A stretch of 63,892 bases of DNA, the filler included. It is 9 parts of 9 records of this genome, joined end to end, with 100 filler letters (N's around TTAATTAATTAA, not from the genome) between each part and the next. Parts side by side here need not be neighbours in the genome. Positions count along the whole stretch, not along the records: positions 16,597 to 27,048 come from SRR7504441_2664; positions 27,149 to 31,413 come from SRR7504441_2665; positions 31,514 to 38,900 come from SRR7504441_2668; 6 more parts are not named here. One strand, 5' to 3'. Below, in pieces: positions 24,065 through 35,800 of the stretch. Each line of letters starts with the position of its first letter. Positions within the stretch are counted from its first letter, which is position 1. The notes under the pieces were generated by a model. It ran no database searches. It was not told the origin of the DNA and saw only the letters and a list, made by a program, of their open reading frames with translations. The translations under genes and the position numbers were made by a program.

Positions 24065-26194
24065 ATGCCTGCGGACCCGATGTCGGTGGCGATCCTGGAG
24101 GGGATCCACGCCGCGCTGGACGCGCTGGAGGGCCGCACTAGCCCCCCCGTCCGTCCGCAGCCGGCCCAGGACCCGGGCTCAAAAGTGATCACCGTCACGA
24201 GCCGGGGCAGCTCGGAGGAATCGTACTCGTACCAGCAGGCCAAGCAGATATTCAGCACGCTCGACGTAGACGGCAGCGGCGAGATCGACTACGATGAGCT
24301 CGAAAAGGCGTTCAGCCAACTCGGGCTGGTGCGGCCGGCTGCCGGCTGGGCGAGGCCGGGCAGACGGCCAGCAAGGAGGACCTGCACCAGATGATTGCTG
24401 AATGCGACGCAGACAAAGATGGCCGGATCCAGGAGGACGAGGCACACCGCCGGCTTGGGGCGGCTGAGCCGGGGGCAGTTCATGACGATGGTGCGCAAGG
24501 TGCAGACCTCCTCCGAGGGCTCAATATGGAAGGCGCCGACCGGGCTCGGGCCCTGGGCTGAACGGAGGTCAGGCCTTCCTGGACACAGCCTCCACTGGGA
24601 TGCTGATGCTAGACAACACGCAACAGAGCACTTACTCCTCGCTCCCGGATAACGTGCGCCGCGGCAGACGGTCCAGGCGAGCCTGGGCAGGTGCTTGTGA
24701 ACCTCTCCAAGGCGGGTGGCACTGCAATCATGCTCCGCGATAACAAGGCATCTGCGGGCTCGCATGTGGGAGAGACCGGCTTGTCAGGGGTTGATCTACA
24801 AGCAAATGAACGACAAGGCCGAGCTGGACTTCTACTCGCTGGTGCACGAGGCCCGCACCCGGGACGAGGGCGGCAAGCACCCGGATCCGTTCCTGCGGTA
24901 CCTCAACCAAGAGCGACTGATCCCGCACTGCGAGGTTGGTTTTGACTGTGCAATTCGAGCCGGGGGCAGCTCAAAGGCTTTGTGATCAAGCTTTCGGACG
25001 AGGAAGCCAGCCTGCTCCCCCCGAGCAAGGGCGGCTACTACCGGAGGGTGGATCCGGGGCACCCTGGCGCGACCGATGTGATCATCATGGAGAACTTGAT
25101 CGCAGGGATGAGCAATCCAGCCTCTTGCGACTTCAAGCTGGGGGACCAGTACACAGGCTCTTACCCGGGCGAGCCAGGGCAACCGAGCTGCCGGCCGGCC
25201 GGCTGAGCTGGCGCAGGTACGCCGAGATCAAGAAGCTGCGCGACAACGGCGAGCTCCCGTCATTGGCCCTCAAGGAGCGAATCCTCAAAAAGTGGAAGCT
25301 GTACAAGAGCGGAAAGAACACCGACGGACTTGAGCTCAAACAGGCGGCGGCAGGCCGGGGCGGGCCGATCAGGCGACAGGTGACGCATGAGCATCTCGGG
25401 CTGCAGACTCCGATGACGATCAAGGAGATCAAGCCACTGATGAAGGCCTGGCGGCAGGTTCTCCAACAGACGCTAACGGGTTCTAACAGCAGTGTGGCAG
25501 GAGATCAACAACCTCGAGTCGCCGGTCAAAGAGGCAGCCAGCCGGCCTCGCACGGTGCCAGCCGGGGGCAGCTCAAGTTCCGGTGCTGCGGGATGCGGAT
25601 GGTGCCCTCTGAGGGCAAAGCACTCAACCTGCGCTACGAGCCTTTCAAGAGCGAAGGCCAGATTTCTATCACTAAGCCCGTCGGGATGTCTCCGCGCGAG
25701 GTGTCGGACTTGGTCGAATCGTTCTGCCAACACGACAGTGATCTCGCCAAGTATTTCATCCAAAGAATCAACGCACTCAGCCTTTGGTTGGTTGGTGGCT
25801 GGGTCCTGCACCGATCATGGCCAGGTTTTCAAACAACACCCACTACCGATTCTATGCCTCGTCTGTTTGCCTGTTTTACGATCTAGACGACCACAGGTGA
25901 TGGCCCGGCTGGTACCTCGGCCCATGCTTGGGCCAGCAAGCGGGACATGCGCTGGCTCGACTTTGCGCATGCACACAAGATGATTCATGAGGACGGTGCG
26001 CCGCCCACCGGGGCCAGTGCGAGCCTTGCCAGGCTCAACACGTTGGGAGCGGAAGAACAATGGCGGCGAGATCAACCTATCGGTGTGCCGGCTGGTACGT
26101 GGGAGGCTGAGTCAGCTGTGGTACCTAGGTTCATTCCGCGCTCGGCAACTTGTGCGATTGCTTAGCCCCTGTGGTGTGGCAAGATGACGACTAG
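24065..26194 (+). CDS. EF-hand pair fused to an inositol polyphosphate kinase (IPK family) domain; multi-intron
   Basis: EF loops DVDGSGEIDYDE (24263-24298) and DADKDGRIQEDE (24406-24441); IPK motifs IIMENLIAGMSNPASCDFKLG (PxxxDxKxG, 25117-25143), FRCCGMR, YRFYASSVCLFYD, WLDFAHA (25953). Confidence 0.8.
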
Positions 26195-26579
26195 GGCTCA
26201 ACTCTATCTAGACATCTTGATATATGTACGACTCTTACAAACTGCCCTAGCTAGTGGCGATGCTCACCTCTAGTCCGGGTCTTGGGCCGGCTGGCTACAA
26301 GTGGATCCCCTCCAGATTCCTAATCAACCAAAAATAAACCAAAAATACGTTCAACCGTCAACTATAAATACCACAGCTAAAATTAATGGTTATGTGGGTT
26401 GTAATCAAAAGGCTCCGATCTTCTAAATTATTATTTCAAGTTCAATTTACTTAATAAACAATTTAGTTCCGAATCATTGACTCGGCTCTGATAATTATCA
26501 TTGCTGATGAGTTCGATAAGTTCAGTTACATTACATGTAGTTTAGAGCTGCCTCGTGTTTGACATTGTCATTGCTCTCG

Positions 26580-26700
26580 TTTGATTTGTCCTTCGTATGT
26601 TGTTGTCGATTTGTCCTTCATATTGGCTAATGTTGTACTTGTATGTTGATTGTTGATTTGTCCTTCATATTGGTTAATGTCGTTGTTGATTGTTGATTTT
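26580..26700. repeat. Degenerate AT-rich tandem repeat in an intergenic/3' UTR region
   Basis: gatttgtccttc(a/g)tat occurs three times with ttgttgat spacers. Confidence 0.6.
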
Positions 26701-26740
26701 GTATGTTGTTGCTACTGCTTTGATTTTGTTGGTTCTTCCT

Positions 26741-27048
26741 TTAATCGTCAAGCGTTGAAATATCGATTTCACCATGGTCCAGATTTGGATCCAGACCGAG
26801 CGCTTCTACCAGAATTTGCTTCAGCACTGCAGGGTCTAGACCCTGTAGGTCTGCCCCACTGAGCTCAAGCACGCCACCTTTCACGTCACTGTCCCTAGCT
26901 GCAGCGTCTGAGATCCATTGGATAGCTGGGGCCGAGCTGCAGGCAATGCACCTCTCAGCCTGGTGGCCGTCCAAGTTGAGCCGGAAATCTGGCCTTGGGT
27001 GAGAGCCAGCGTATATAAAGTAAGTGTGATCCTGCTGCGCCCGTACAC
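26741..27048 (-). CDS. 3' end of an unknown protein (5' truncated)
   Basis: Open frame from the contig edge to the stop at 26741 (...ILVEALGLDPNLDHGEIDISTLDD*), followed by an AT-rich tract. Confidence 0.45.
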
Positions 27049-27148
27049 NNNNNNNNNNNNNNNNNNNNNNNNNNNNNNNNNNNNNNNNNNNNTTAATTAA
27101 TTAANNNNNNNNNNNNNNNNNNNNNNNNNNNNNNNNNNNNNNNNNNNN
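27049..27148. other. Artificial contig spacer
   Basis: 44 N + TTAATTAATTAA + 44 N. Confidence 0.98.
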
Positions 27149-27447
27149 ATACAAATGAGTACTGATCATACAACTCTCGACATGAACGACTTTGAAAAAG
27201 GTTGCAAACAAGAGATGGATCCATGCCACCCCTAAGCGTTGAGCAAACAGGCGATTTTGCTCACAAGGGCTGTCGGATGCCGTTGTTGTTTGTTCAATCA
27301 CATCACTGCACTTTTGATCAACTGCCAGTTCGCCGTGAGTTCGGACCCACGGCAGTCTGATCTGCCAGTGGACTATCAACTTGTACGTTTGTAGTACGTT
27401 TGTAACATTGCTGTACTAGTATATGTACTTTACTTTTATGAAATCCG

Positions 27448-28143
27448 TCAACCTATAAAGTTGATACGCTCGTGGCTCCCGTTCAGCATCGCGTGCTCCG
27501 ACCGTGGTGTATCAGCCTTTCTGAACTCGCCGCTATCCCCAGTTAAGTCCCCAGTGCCCAGATTAATCGACCCAAAGAACTCCTCCGCCTGCTGTCCCGA
27601 CCGCGCACTCGCCTCTACACTGGGCGCAGTATCATTATGTATTTGGCCAGCCGGATCCTCCGGTTTAGCCGACAGCCGAAGCCTGCACAGTGCCGCCTGG
27701 CAACGCTCGATTGGTAGATGCCAGCGCGAGCCCACGCTGCCAAACCCGGTCGAGCGGGCCCCTTCCCCAAGCTCCATCTCTGATATACTCTGAAGCGACT
27801 CGCGCACAGCCTGCACGCTCCGGCTACCGGCAAGCACCAGCTCGGCGCCTTTCGGCTGCTCTGAGAGCAGTCTAGCTTCCTCACACAGCACCGTCACGAC
27901 CTCCGCCTTCATGAACACCGCCTGTTGCCTAGCTTCGGCCTCCCGGCGGTACTCGGCGCACAGCTGCTCGCTCTGTTCTAGTACAGCCCGCCTCTGGCTG
28001 TCGAGCGCCTCTGCGAGTGTGTTGATCCCATCAAGCAACGCCCCGTGCACCGCTACGCCGCGCAGCTCGACTGCAGTGGCGATATCCTGCGACTGCTTGA
28101 TCGCCGCCCGCAGCTGCTGCCGGAGTACGCCCGGCTCGTCCAT
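27448..28143 (-). CDS. Hypothetical helical/coiled-coil protein (may be the last exon of the upstream gene)
   Basis: 231-aa ORF MDEPGVLRQQLRAAIKQSQD... ending before an AT-rich tract. Confidence 0.45.
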   Translation of the reverse strand: MDEPGVLRQQLRAAIKQSQDIATAVELRGVAVHGALLDGINTLAEALDSQRRAVLEQSEQLCAEYRREAEARQQAVFMKAEVVTVLCEEARLLSEQPKGAELVLAGSRSVQAVRESLQSISEMELGEGARSTGFGSVGSRWHLPIERCQAALCRLRLSAKPEDPAGQIHNDTAPSVEASARSGQQAEEFFGSINLGTGDLTGDSGEFRKADTPRSEHAMLNGSHERINFIG

Positions 28144-28199
28144 CGCTGCCCCGGCCGCTCATTGCCAGCCGAGCGCGACCCACCTGTGACGGGGCTGGT

Positions 28200-30754
28200 A
28201 TCTGGACTCGACAGCACGAAGTCCCAACCACCTGACGGGCTGCCGGCAACCCACGACCGCGCTGCGGCCGAGTCGTTTGGGTCGGCAGATTCGGCACGAT
28301 TCTGGTGCCATTGACTCACCTGCACAAACCAGTTAAGGCCAGAGGCTGGCCAGCTGACCATTCTGCGTCGTTGGCTGCGCTGGATGGCGATGGCAGCGGC
28401 AGTGACGAGCTGGAACGGTTCACGGCTCTGTAGAGCGAGTTGGCCTAGCGGCAGGTTGTGATAAAAGTCAGCGAGCCACTGCGGGGCGGCCAACAGCCAG
28501 GCCCGCTCAGTCTCAGCTAAAGGCTCGCTGCCTTGCGCGGGCGGCGCTGCCCCTACTAGGCCTGAGCATACGCGAAGCTTGGCCGCCCGGCAAGCGTCGC
28601 TGCGGCTGCCGGGGCTCATGATCGAGTTGTCGGGTAGAGGGTGCTCCGGGGCCTGGTCCTGGGCGCTGCAGCATAGGTCAACAACCAGTCAAGCTGTGGC
28701 CACACCCGGCCATGATCTGCTGGCACGCCTGCTCCATCTGTTCGAGTTTCCACGGGGGCACCTCAGCCGCCACTACCCCTTGTTCTGAGTGCTCTGATGT
28801 GTGCTTGCTAATCTCGCTTCTGGTTGGCCGCTGCGTCTGCGCATCACACATCAGCATTCGGCTGGCCGCATGCCTTTGCTAGAAGCTCGATCGCCACAAA
28901 CACGCAAAACGCCTGTAGGTCGAGGCTGTGGGATGGAGCCAAAGTGGGATGCCCAAGCGCTGCAGCGAGTCGTCGGACCTCCTCGACGCTTGCCAGGCTG
29001 CGTCGGATGTCGGCTCCAGCAGGCCCTTCGAGCAGCCGGCCGGTCGGAGGACATAGGCAGCCGAACATCCACAGCAACAGGCTATACACAAACCCGAGCA
29101 GTAGCCCCAGCCTGCCCCCCCGTTCCAACCCGGCCCTAACAAGAGCCCACCGTAGAGGGCTTGTGCTGGCAGCCCGCTGCTTGATCTTGGTCTGGTTGTG
29201 CCCCCAGAGCGCCTCAAGCAGCGGTGCGCATCCGGGCGGGTCGCCAGCAGCGATCTGCTCCAGCCAGCTTCCGAGCTCAGGGAGCAGCACACTCATGGCC
29301 TCGACTACTGAAGGCTCCTCCGCCCAGCACGCGAACCGAGCATCCTCCAACTACCCCCCGATGGCTCCCCCCCGGGCAGTCCGGTCACCTCGGAGCGGTC
29401 AGTAGTGAGTGTGGCGTTAGCCACTGCTGTGAGCATCGATGAGCCGGTCAATTCAGCCACCTGCGTGGCATCGATGGCCGCGGGGACTAGCGGCAGCGTC
29501 ACCTGATTGGCCTTGGTGGCAAGCTTATTGATCCAACCCGGGATCGGGCTGCCTGCGCCAGGTGAGCTCGACGCAACGGACATCGCCCACCCGTCAAGTG
29601 CATGCAGAGTGCCTCTGAGAAATGGTTGCAGTTACGAGACACCACACAGTAGCTCTCTGGCACCCCGCTGGCCGGACCGCAACTCAGCTGGCCACCTGGC
29701 GAGAATATCGATGACAAAGCCGCTACAGGGATCTTGTCCCGCGCTGCTATTTTGGGGCCGATCTGAATTGCTTCGCTGGAGGCACTCGCTGTGAGTCGGC
29801 CGAGCACAACAGCTGGACCTGAAGCTATACGAAGCGGGAGCGCGGCGTGGGGCGGCGCAGACCACCCCAGACACCGCCTCGAAAGAGAACTCGCAGCCTT
29901 GGACTTCGACCCCTGCCGCCGGGTCGCCCGGCCCGAGGGAGCAGTCACCGGTGTGGTAGACCGGAAGACCAAACCTGGAGGCCGACTCATGGACGTATAC
30001 ATTCAAATACACCTGGCACAGGCTGGCAGGCCGGCTGGGCCAACAGAAACCATCTCCTGCTGCTCGACCAGTCCGCCCGGAAGATCCCTTCTCTCGAGCC
30101 ACAGCGCCTGAATTTGGATCTGGATCTGCTCTGTAGCCAGCTCCGCCCCGCCCAGCCTCTCCAGCTGCCCAGCACTCGCCCGGCCGCAGGCCCACCAACC
30201 CACCTCGGCCCCCGCCTGCCGCGCCGCCTCGGTCGCCGCCGTGATCTGCCCCCGCTGCCCCCGGCCAGCGCCACGGGCCGTACCGCCCGCCGGGTATCCC
30301 ATCCCAGCTCGCCTGCGCTGTCGTCCAGCGCCGCCAGCAACTGCCTCAGCGGGCCCATCCGCTCGGCCTGCCTTGGCTCGCCCCCTGGCCCGGCCCTCCG
30401 GCACCGTCTCGTTTGCCAGCAGGTCACACTGCGCTGCTAGCTGCGCTTTAGCCCCCGCGCCGGCCTGGCCGCGGATGGGACGAGGCGGGCCGGCTCTCAC
30501 CTTGTACAGCACCGAGGCCAGCACGTCAAACTGGCTGGCCACCGCCGCCTGGCCTGGATTGCTGCCCGGCCTAGTCCCAACGGCCACCTTGAACTGCTCG
30601 GCCCGCTCGTCCGCCGACTCGAGCAGCTCGCTCCACTCCTGAAGCCCGTTCGGCGCCCGCGACCGGCTGGCCGCACCGCGTACAGCGCCAAGAGCGCCGC
30701 CCGCCGGGCCCGGGCCTCCACGCGCGCCGCCACCAGCTCGTGGACGTCCATCAT
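28200..30754 (-). CDS. Large multi-intron protein containing a PPPDE (DeSI-type) peptidase domain; 3' end uncertain
   Basis: VYLNVY...GLPVYHT|GVEVQGCEFSF...SYCVVSRNCNHFSEALC (29616-29633)...IPGWINKLA; His/Cys catalytic dyad; helical exons upstream from ATG 30754. Confidence 0.72.
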
Positions 30755-30957
30755 CGCCCACACACGTCCAGTCGGGCCGGCTGGGCACAGCCGCGCTAAC
30801 GGATCGTGTGATGATGCCTACTTGTATAATACTGATCAGAAGCCGCAAGTCTCGAAGTTTAGCAACGAGATGGAAGTAAATTTGATTTGTGCATGCGGCA
30901 GTTCTCTGCCTAGGTCTGAACTCGAAAGGCCCCTCTTCCAAGCTGTCACAGAGGAGC

Positions 30958-31413
30958 ATGTTGGTGCGAGGACTGCTCTTGACACTGGTCACGGTCTCAC
31001 GGAGTAGCATGGTAGCCGGAGATGTAATGGAGGGCCGCGACGCGTTGTTATTGTACCGGTCAGCTTGTACGTAAGCTAAAGCTATGATATACTTATCCTT
31101 TTCCAAGATGCAAGCGTCGGCAGGTCAAACTGACGGGACGGGACCTCCGCTGGGCCCGGCTGGGAGACAGGTGTTCCAAGGACTGATTCCGCATGTTGGT
31201 GGCAACATGCCTAGACTTTCTGGGACAGGAGATGTCCACTACATGAATTTTCATCACTGCCGCTTTGATGATCAGAGTGTCGGCGAGTGGGTCGTTGCTC
31301 AGACTCAACCAAAGTGGTGGAAGGCTGCGCCAATGATGCTCCAATTCCGTACTAAATGCAAACAAATTCACGCAGTGCGCAGCAAATACAAATGTGCCCG
31401 CACCTATTCCTGT
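30958..31413 (+). CDS. 5' part of a putative secreted protein with a VWD-like domain start (3' truncated)
   Basis: Signal-like MLVRGLLLTLVTV; two short introns give ...GTGDVHYMNFHHCRFDDQSVGEWVVA, resembling the VWD start GDPHYxTFDGxxYDFQGxGEY. Confidence 0.55.
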
Positions 31414-31513
31414 NNNNNNNNNNNNNNNNNNNNNNNNNNNNNNNNNNNNNNNNNNNNTTAATTAATTAANNNNNNNNNNNNNNNNNNNNNNNNNNNNNNN
31501 NNNNNNNNNNNNN
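31414..31513. other. Artificial contig spacer
   Basis: 44 N + TTAATTAATTAA + 44 N. Confidence 0.98.
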
Positions 31514-31675
31514 ATCCCGCAGATGGACGAGGCGATTCGCGCGGCCAATGCGGCGGCGCTGGGCCGGGCGCTTTGGTATATGATGGTGGTCCCGTGGCTT
31601 GTGTGCTTTGTGTTTTTTAGTGCAATGCACGTCACGTATCCTCGAGATAGGAAACGCATGCCACTCGCGATATGA
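31514..31675 (+). CDS. C-terminus of an MFS (spinster-like) transporter (5' truncated)
   Basis: IPQMDEAIRAANAAALGRALWYMMVVPWLVCFVFFSAMHVTYPRDRKR...*; the last TM plus TYPRDR resembles algal/plant MFS_1 C-termini. Confidence 0.6.
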   Translation: MPQMDEAIRAANAAALGRALWYMMVVPWLVCFVFFSAMHVTYPRDRKRMPLAI

Positions 31676-31767
31676 ACACGTGAATAGGTCTAAAAGAATA
31701 CTGTACCTACTCGTGTATGAATCGCGTAGAGCGTGTATATAGCACAGATCATCAACTATCATGTGCA

Positions 31768-32753
31768 CTATTCAACCCTCGGCTCAGACGGGCTAGCTGC
31801 AGTTGTGGCAGTCGGTGTCAAGCTCAGCTCCTCCCCCGTGGCCTCCGTGGCCGGAGTCGGGCTATCACTTAACAGGATCCCGGGCTCGGTTGTCCTTCTA
31901 AACACGTCCGCCAGTAGGGTCGGGTCCCAGCCACTCTCGCTATCCGGAGGTATCTGCTCGCCCTTGTCCGGAGGCCTCCAGGTTTCAAACCCTCCGCAGT
32001 AGCCCGACTGCATAAACCCCTCGGCCTGCGCTCGCACCCGATTCTTGAGCCCAATCGTCCTATCGTCCAGGCTTGGCTCAAAGTCCGCTGCCAGTGAGTT
32101 GTGATCGTACCCACGTGCATCGATCAGCAGCCTCGCTTCACTCGGCGGCGCACTGGCAGCAAGCTGCACCGCTGATGCAGACCGCCGCTGCTCGGCTGCC
32201 GAGGGGCCGCCCCCCTGCTCGGCTGGGCGCTGGAGCTCTGCCCTCCATCGCTCGGCCAGCGGTTCGTTGGTCCCCAGGAAGTCCAGCACCAGCCCTGGCC
32301 GGACCGGGCCGGCCGACTGCCCGACCGACGAGACCAGCTGGGCTGAGCCGGCCAGGAGCTGCTCGCACCGGTGGCACAGCAGCCATACGTCCTGCCGGCC
32401 GAGTCAGCCACAGGGCTGGGGCGGGCCACCGTCGACTGGTCAGTCCAGCCAGACCAGAGCAGGGCGGCGGCCAGCACATCCGGAGTGGCAACTTTGAGGC
32501 AGGCCAGCGCCATCCGGAGCTTGGCCTTGGGCCAGACGTCCGCCCCCGGCTGCCCAGCGCCGCCCCGGGCCGACATGCCAGTGACCAGGGCCCGCACAGC
32601 CACCCGACACTGCTCGAGCGCCTGCGGACTCGGCGGGTCGCGCGGGAAGGCCAGCTGCACCGCGGGGTCTGGGCCTTCTTCGGGGGAGCTGGAGCAGCTC
32701 TCGAAATCGTCCCCGGCCGTCAAAGACCCCCCCTCCCCCTGGGCTGATTCCAT
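31768..32753 (-). CDS. Hypothetical protein, short introns
   Basis: ATG 32753 (MESAQGEGG...) divergent from the channel gene; terminal exon in ORF 31768-32289. Confidence 0.5.
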
Positions 32754-32846
32754 GAGCTCACCAAAGTCGATTCGTCACACTGCGGGTTTCCCCGAATACG
32801 AACAATGGAAGCTTAGGGGGGAGCGTTCGGATAGCTGCAGCACGCA

Positions 32847-35800
32847 ATGGCCGGGGCCGCCCAGTACGAGGTCTCGGTCGAGGAGCCGGGCCAGCCTCTC
32901 GAGCTGAGGCTCGCGCCGCACCCGCAGGGCACCTGCGTTCGCTCGAGCAGCAGCGACGATCCGGCCTGGCAGGCCGTGGTGGGCAAGCTGGTCAGCGCAG
33001 TCGCCGGCGCCAGCGGCCCGGCGGTCGAGCTGCTGGGCAAGGACAGCCACACGGTACGCGGGGCGATCAAGCGCGCCGACTGGCCCTACACGGTTTACTT
33101 CGTTGACGGTGCCGGCATGGTTGCCCGGCGCTGACAGGGGGGCGCCAGCCACGCCCACGATGGGCTGCAGCATCGGCGGACTGGAGCTGGAGCTGGGGAC
33201 CGGGCCAGACCCGCCCGAGCTGGTCCCACCGCCGCCACGCAAGGCGGCCACTTCGCTGTGGGGCAAGATACTGCGGATCGGGATCTTGGTGCTGACTGTG
33301 CTGGGGCTGCACGCCTTCTTGTGGGACGAGTTCGTTATCATGATGAAGGACGCCACCAAGACCCCGGCCACCCAGCTGATGGACACCACGCTCGAGCGGA
33401 GCCACACCAAGGTGAACAACATGCTCAAGCTGCCGGTGATGGCAATGGACGTCATCAGTGCGCCCCCGCCCGGCGCTGAGACTGACTGCTTGCCAGACGC
33501 TGCGGGCGCGGCCGATGTATTGCCCCAAATGAATCAGATGATAACCCGTGATACCGGGGCGGGAGCTCCGGTGCAAACTTCAAAGGTAAGCATGAAGCAC
33601 CAGTAGTGTTTGCATGTTCACTTGGTGCCTGCTCAGATTGTCGAGGAACCCTGTCCGGCGATACGGTATTTGAACGCACTCTTGCGGGTAACAGCCAGCC
33701 CACGACGCTGGCTCAGTTATGGTGCCGGCAGAAAACCAAAATCAGTGGTGCCGGGTTTGGTTTCACGGTATGAGACCACAAACAGACGTGCTGAGCTTTT
33801 GACGGTGAATCGCTGTGCAGGACGGGACGATGTTTTACTTAACCAAAGACGAGTCCCAGCCTCGTGGAATGTCTGTCTATTATGCCGACATCCAGAACAC
33901 GTTAGGCCTGGACACGGGAGACTCTTTTCTCCGGTTTTATCTCAACGACACAGGTGACTGTTCGCACCTTATAACCAGATCCAGCGTTATTTATTCTTTT
34001 CTACCTGAGCTGGCCGTGCAGATTGCATTGACAGCTCAACCCTCGTCTCGACGGGGGGGGCGTACGACACGCTTGGCTCGGGCTGGTACAACAAGGTTTT
34101 GGGCAAGCGGACGTGGGATGATCCATTCCTTGCGCGAGCTGATGACGAGTGGTATCTCTATTTTTACGACACTATTTACGCCGCTTCACCGGACCAGGGT
34201 GTAATTCTTGGGGTGACATTCACCGAACAGCCTATCGACGGTCTTGACGCGGAGTTGGCACGTGTCAATCCGAAGGGAGAGACCTTTCTGTGTATCAGGG
34301 GCGACAAAGAAAGCTTAATCAGTGCCAGTTCTGGCGGGATTGCTTCTGCAACAGAACCGGGCGAACTGATAAGCCCAGCCGAATCGCCGAATGATAGCAT
34401 TCGGGCTGCATATTCATATCTGGTGCAGGAATATTCAAACGGGCGCGATCTAAGCACAATGACAGAGGAGAGGCTCACTCTGGCAGGCGATCCATTCGAC
34501 GACCAGCCGCTCATTGGTACCGAGAAATTTGTTTCCGAGCGGGCAGCTTCAGATACCTTCGACTGGCAGATGGTGGTCACTGTGCCAGTGGACACCTACT
34601 ATGGTTACGTTTGGCCACTGGTGTACATAACAGCCGGGATCAGTGCAATAGTGGTAGGATTGGTCGTTTGGATGTCAGTTTCGATTGCAAGGGAAAATAC
34701 TTCGATACTGGAACCTCTACACGTGGGCGTGATGGTGTGTATGGTTGCGCTCTACCTGATGTGGCAAGTGGTGGTATGCCTGCGGCTTAGGGTTAGGGCA
34801 ATTAGTTGTCTCTGCGGGTTTAGCGTGAGAGATTAGACGGGGAGCGCATGACTACAGTCGCCCTTACGATGGGTGTATTTGTAGGTTAAGTACCAGACAG
34901 ATCTCTTTGTCAAAGAAGTGCTCAACCAAGTCTCCCAAATGTAAGACAACAAGCCTGCGCCTTTTGTCCAAATGCATATGCTCATCTGTGTGTGGTTAAA
35001 GGATCCAAGAGTTTGCGACAACGCTTTGGGGGGACGATGCATGGTTCCTCGATGTGATCACAGCCTCGTACCAGGCAGCAGGGCTGAAACTTGATGCACC
35101 TCCGGCCGCTATAGCTACAGATCAGGCGACGCAGTCTTTTCTTTCTGCAGTGTTCGCGATAGCTGATGCGGCGGGAACCGCATATGTTGGCATGCCGAAT
35201 GGCGACTTTGTTGGATTCCAGTTTCCTTGCCGATACATCTATGAACCTGGATGCGAGAACCAGGAACAAGTACTTGGGATGGTTCGCTACGTTGGCTCAA
35301 ACGAACATCTTAAGCTTTACAACACCAGTCTGACCGCTGCAGGTTACTCTGTCGTCGATTATAACAGCGTCGTCAGTGACGCAGGCTACTACGATGCAGC
35401 TTTGCGCCCATGGTACAAGAAGGGCACGGCGCTTGGCATGGTGGCCAATACCCGGTCTGGCCGGTCTGGGCTTTCTGATGTGTATTTTGATTCGGCTACT
35501 GGCGCATTATGTAAGTCGTTTGTACAGCCCTTCTATAGCCGCACAGCTTCTCCCGGGGGAACAGGGGAGCAACCACTGGGTGTGATTGGGCTCGATATTG
35601 TCTTTACCGACAGATCAAAGAATGGGCTGCTTGAATTCAACCGAAAGGTCATACCGTCCGCCTCTCAATACGCCGTTGTAGAAGACAAAGGTCCTTCCTA
35701 CAGTTGCCATTGGCGATGAGCATGCTGCTGGTGCAGGTGAAGTGTTGTTTGCGAGCAACGACGTTGTTGTTGCAGATGGAAGTGAGGATGCCAGCTTAAG

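Noticed and set aside
26580-26700. Short repeats with variable spacers, superficially CRISPR-like (also 44303-44436)
   Set aside because: Only 2-3 degenerate copies, non-unique spacers, eukaryotic context and no cas genes.
27149-27400. Possible terminal exons of a gene at the contig start
   Set aside because: Several splice readings are possible and none gives a recognisable protein.
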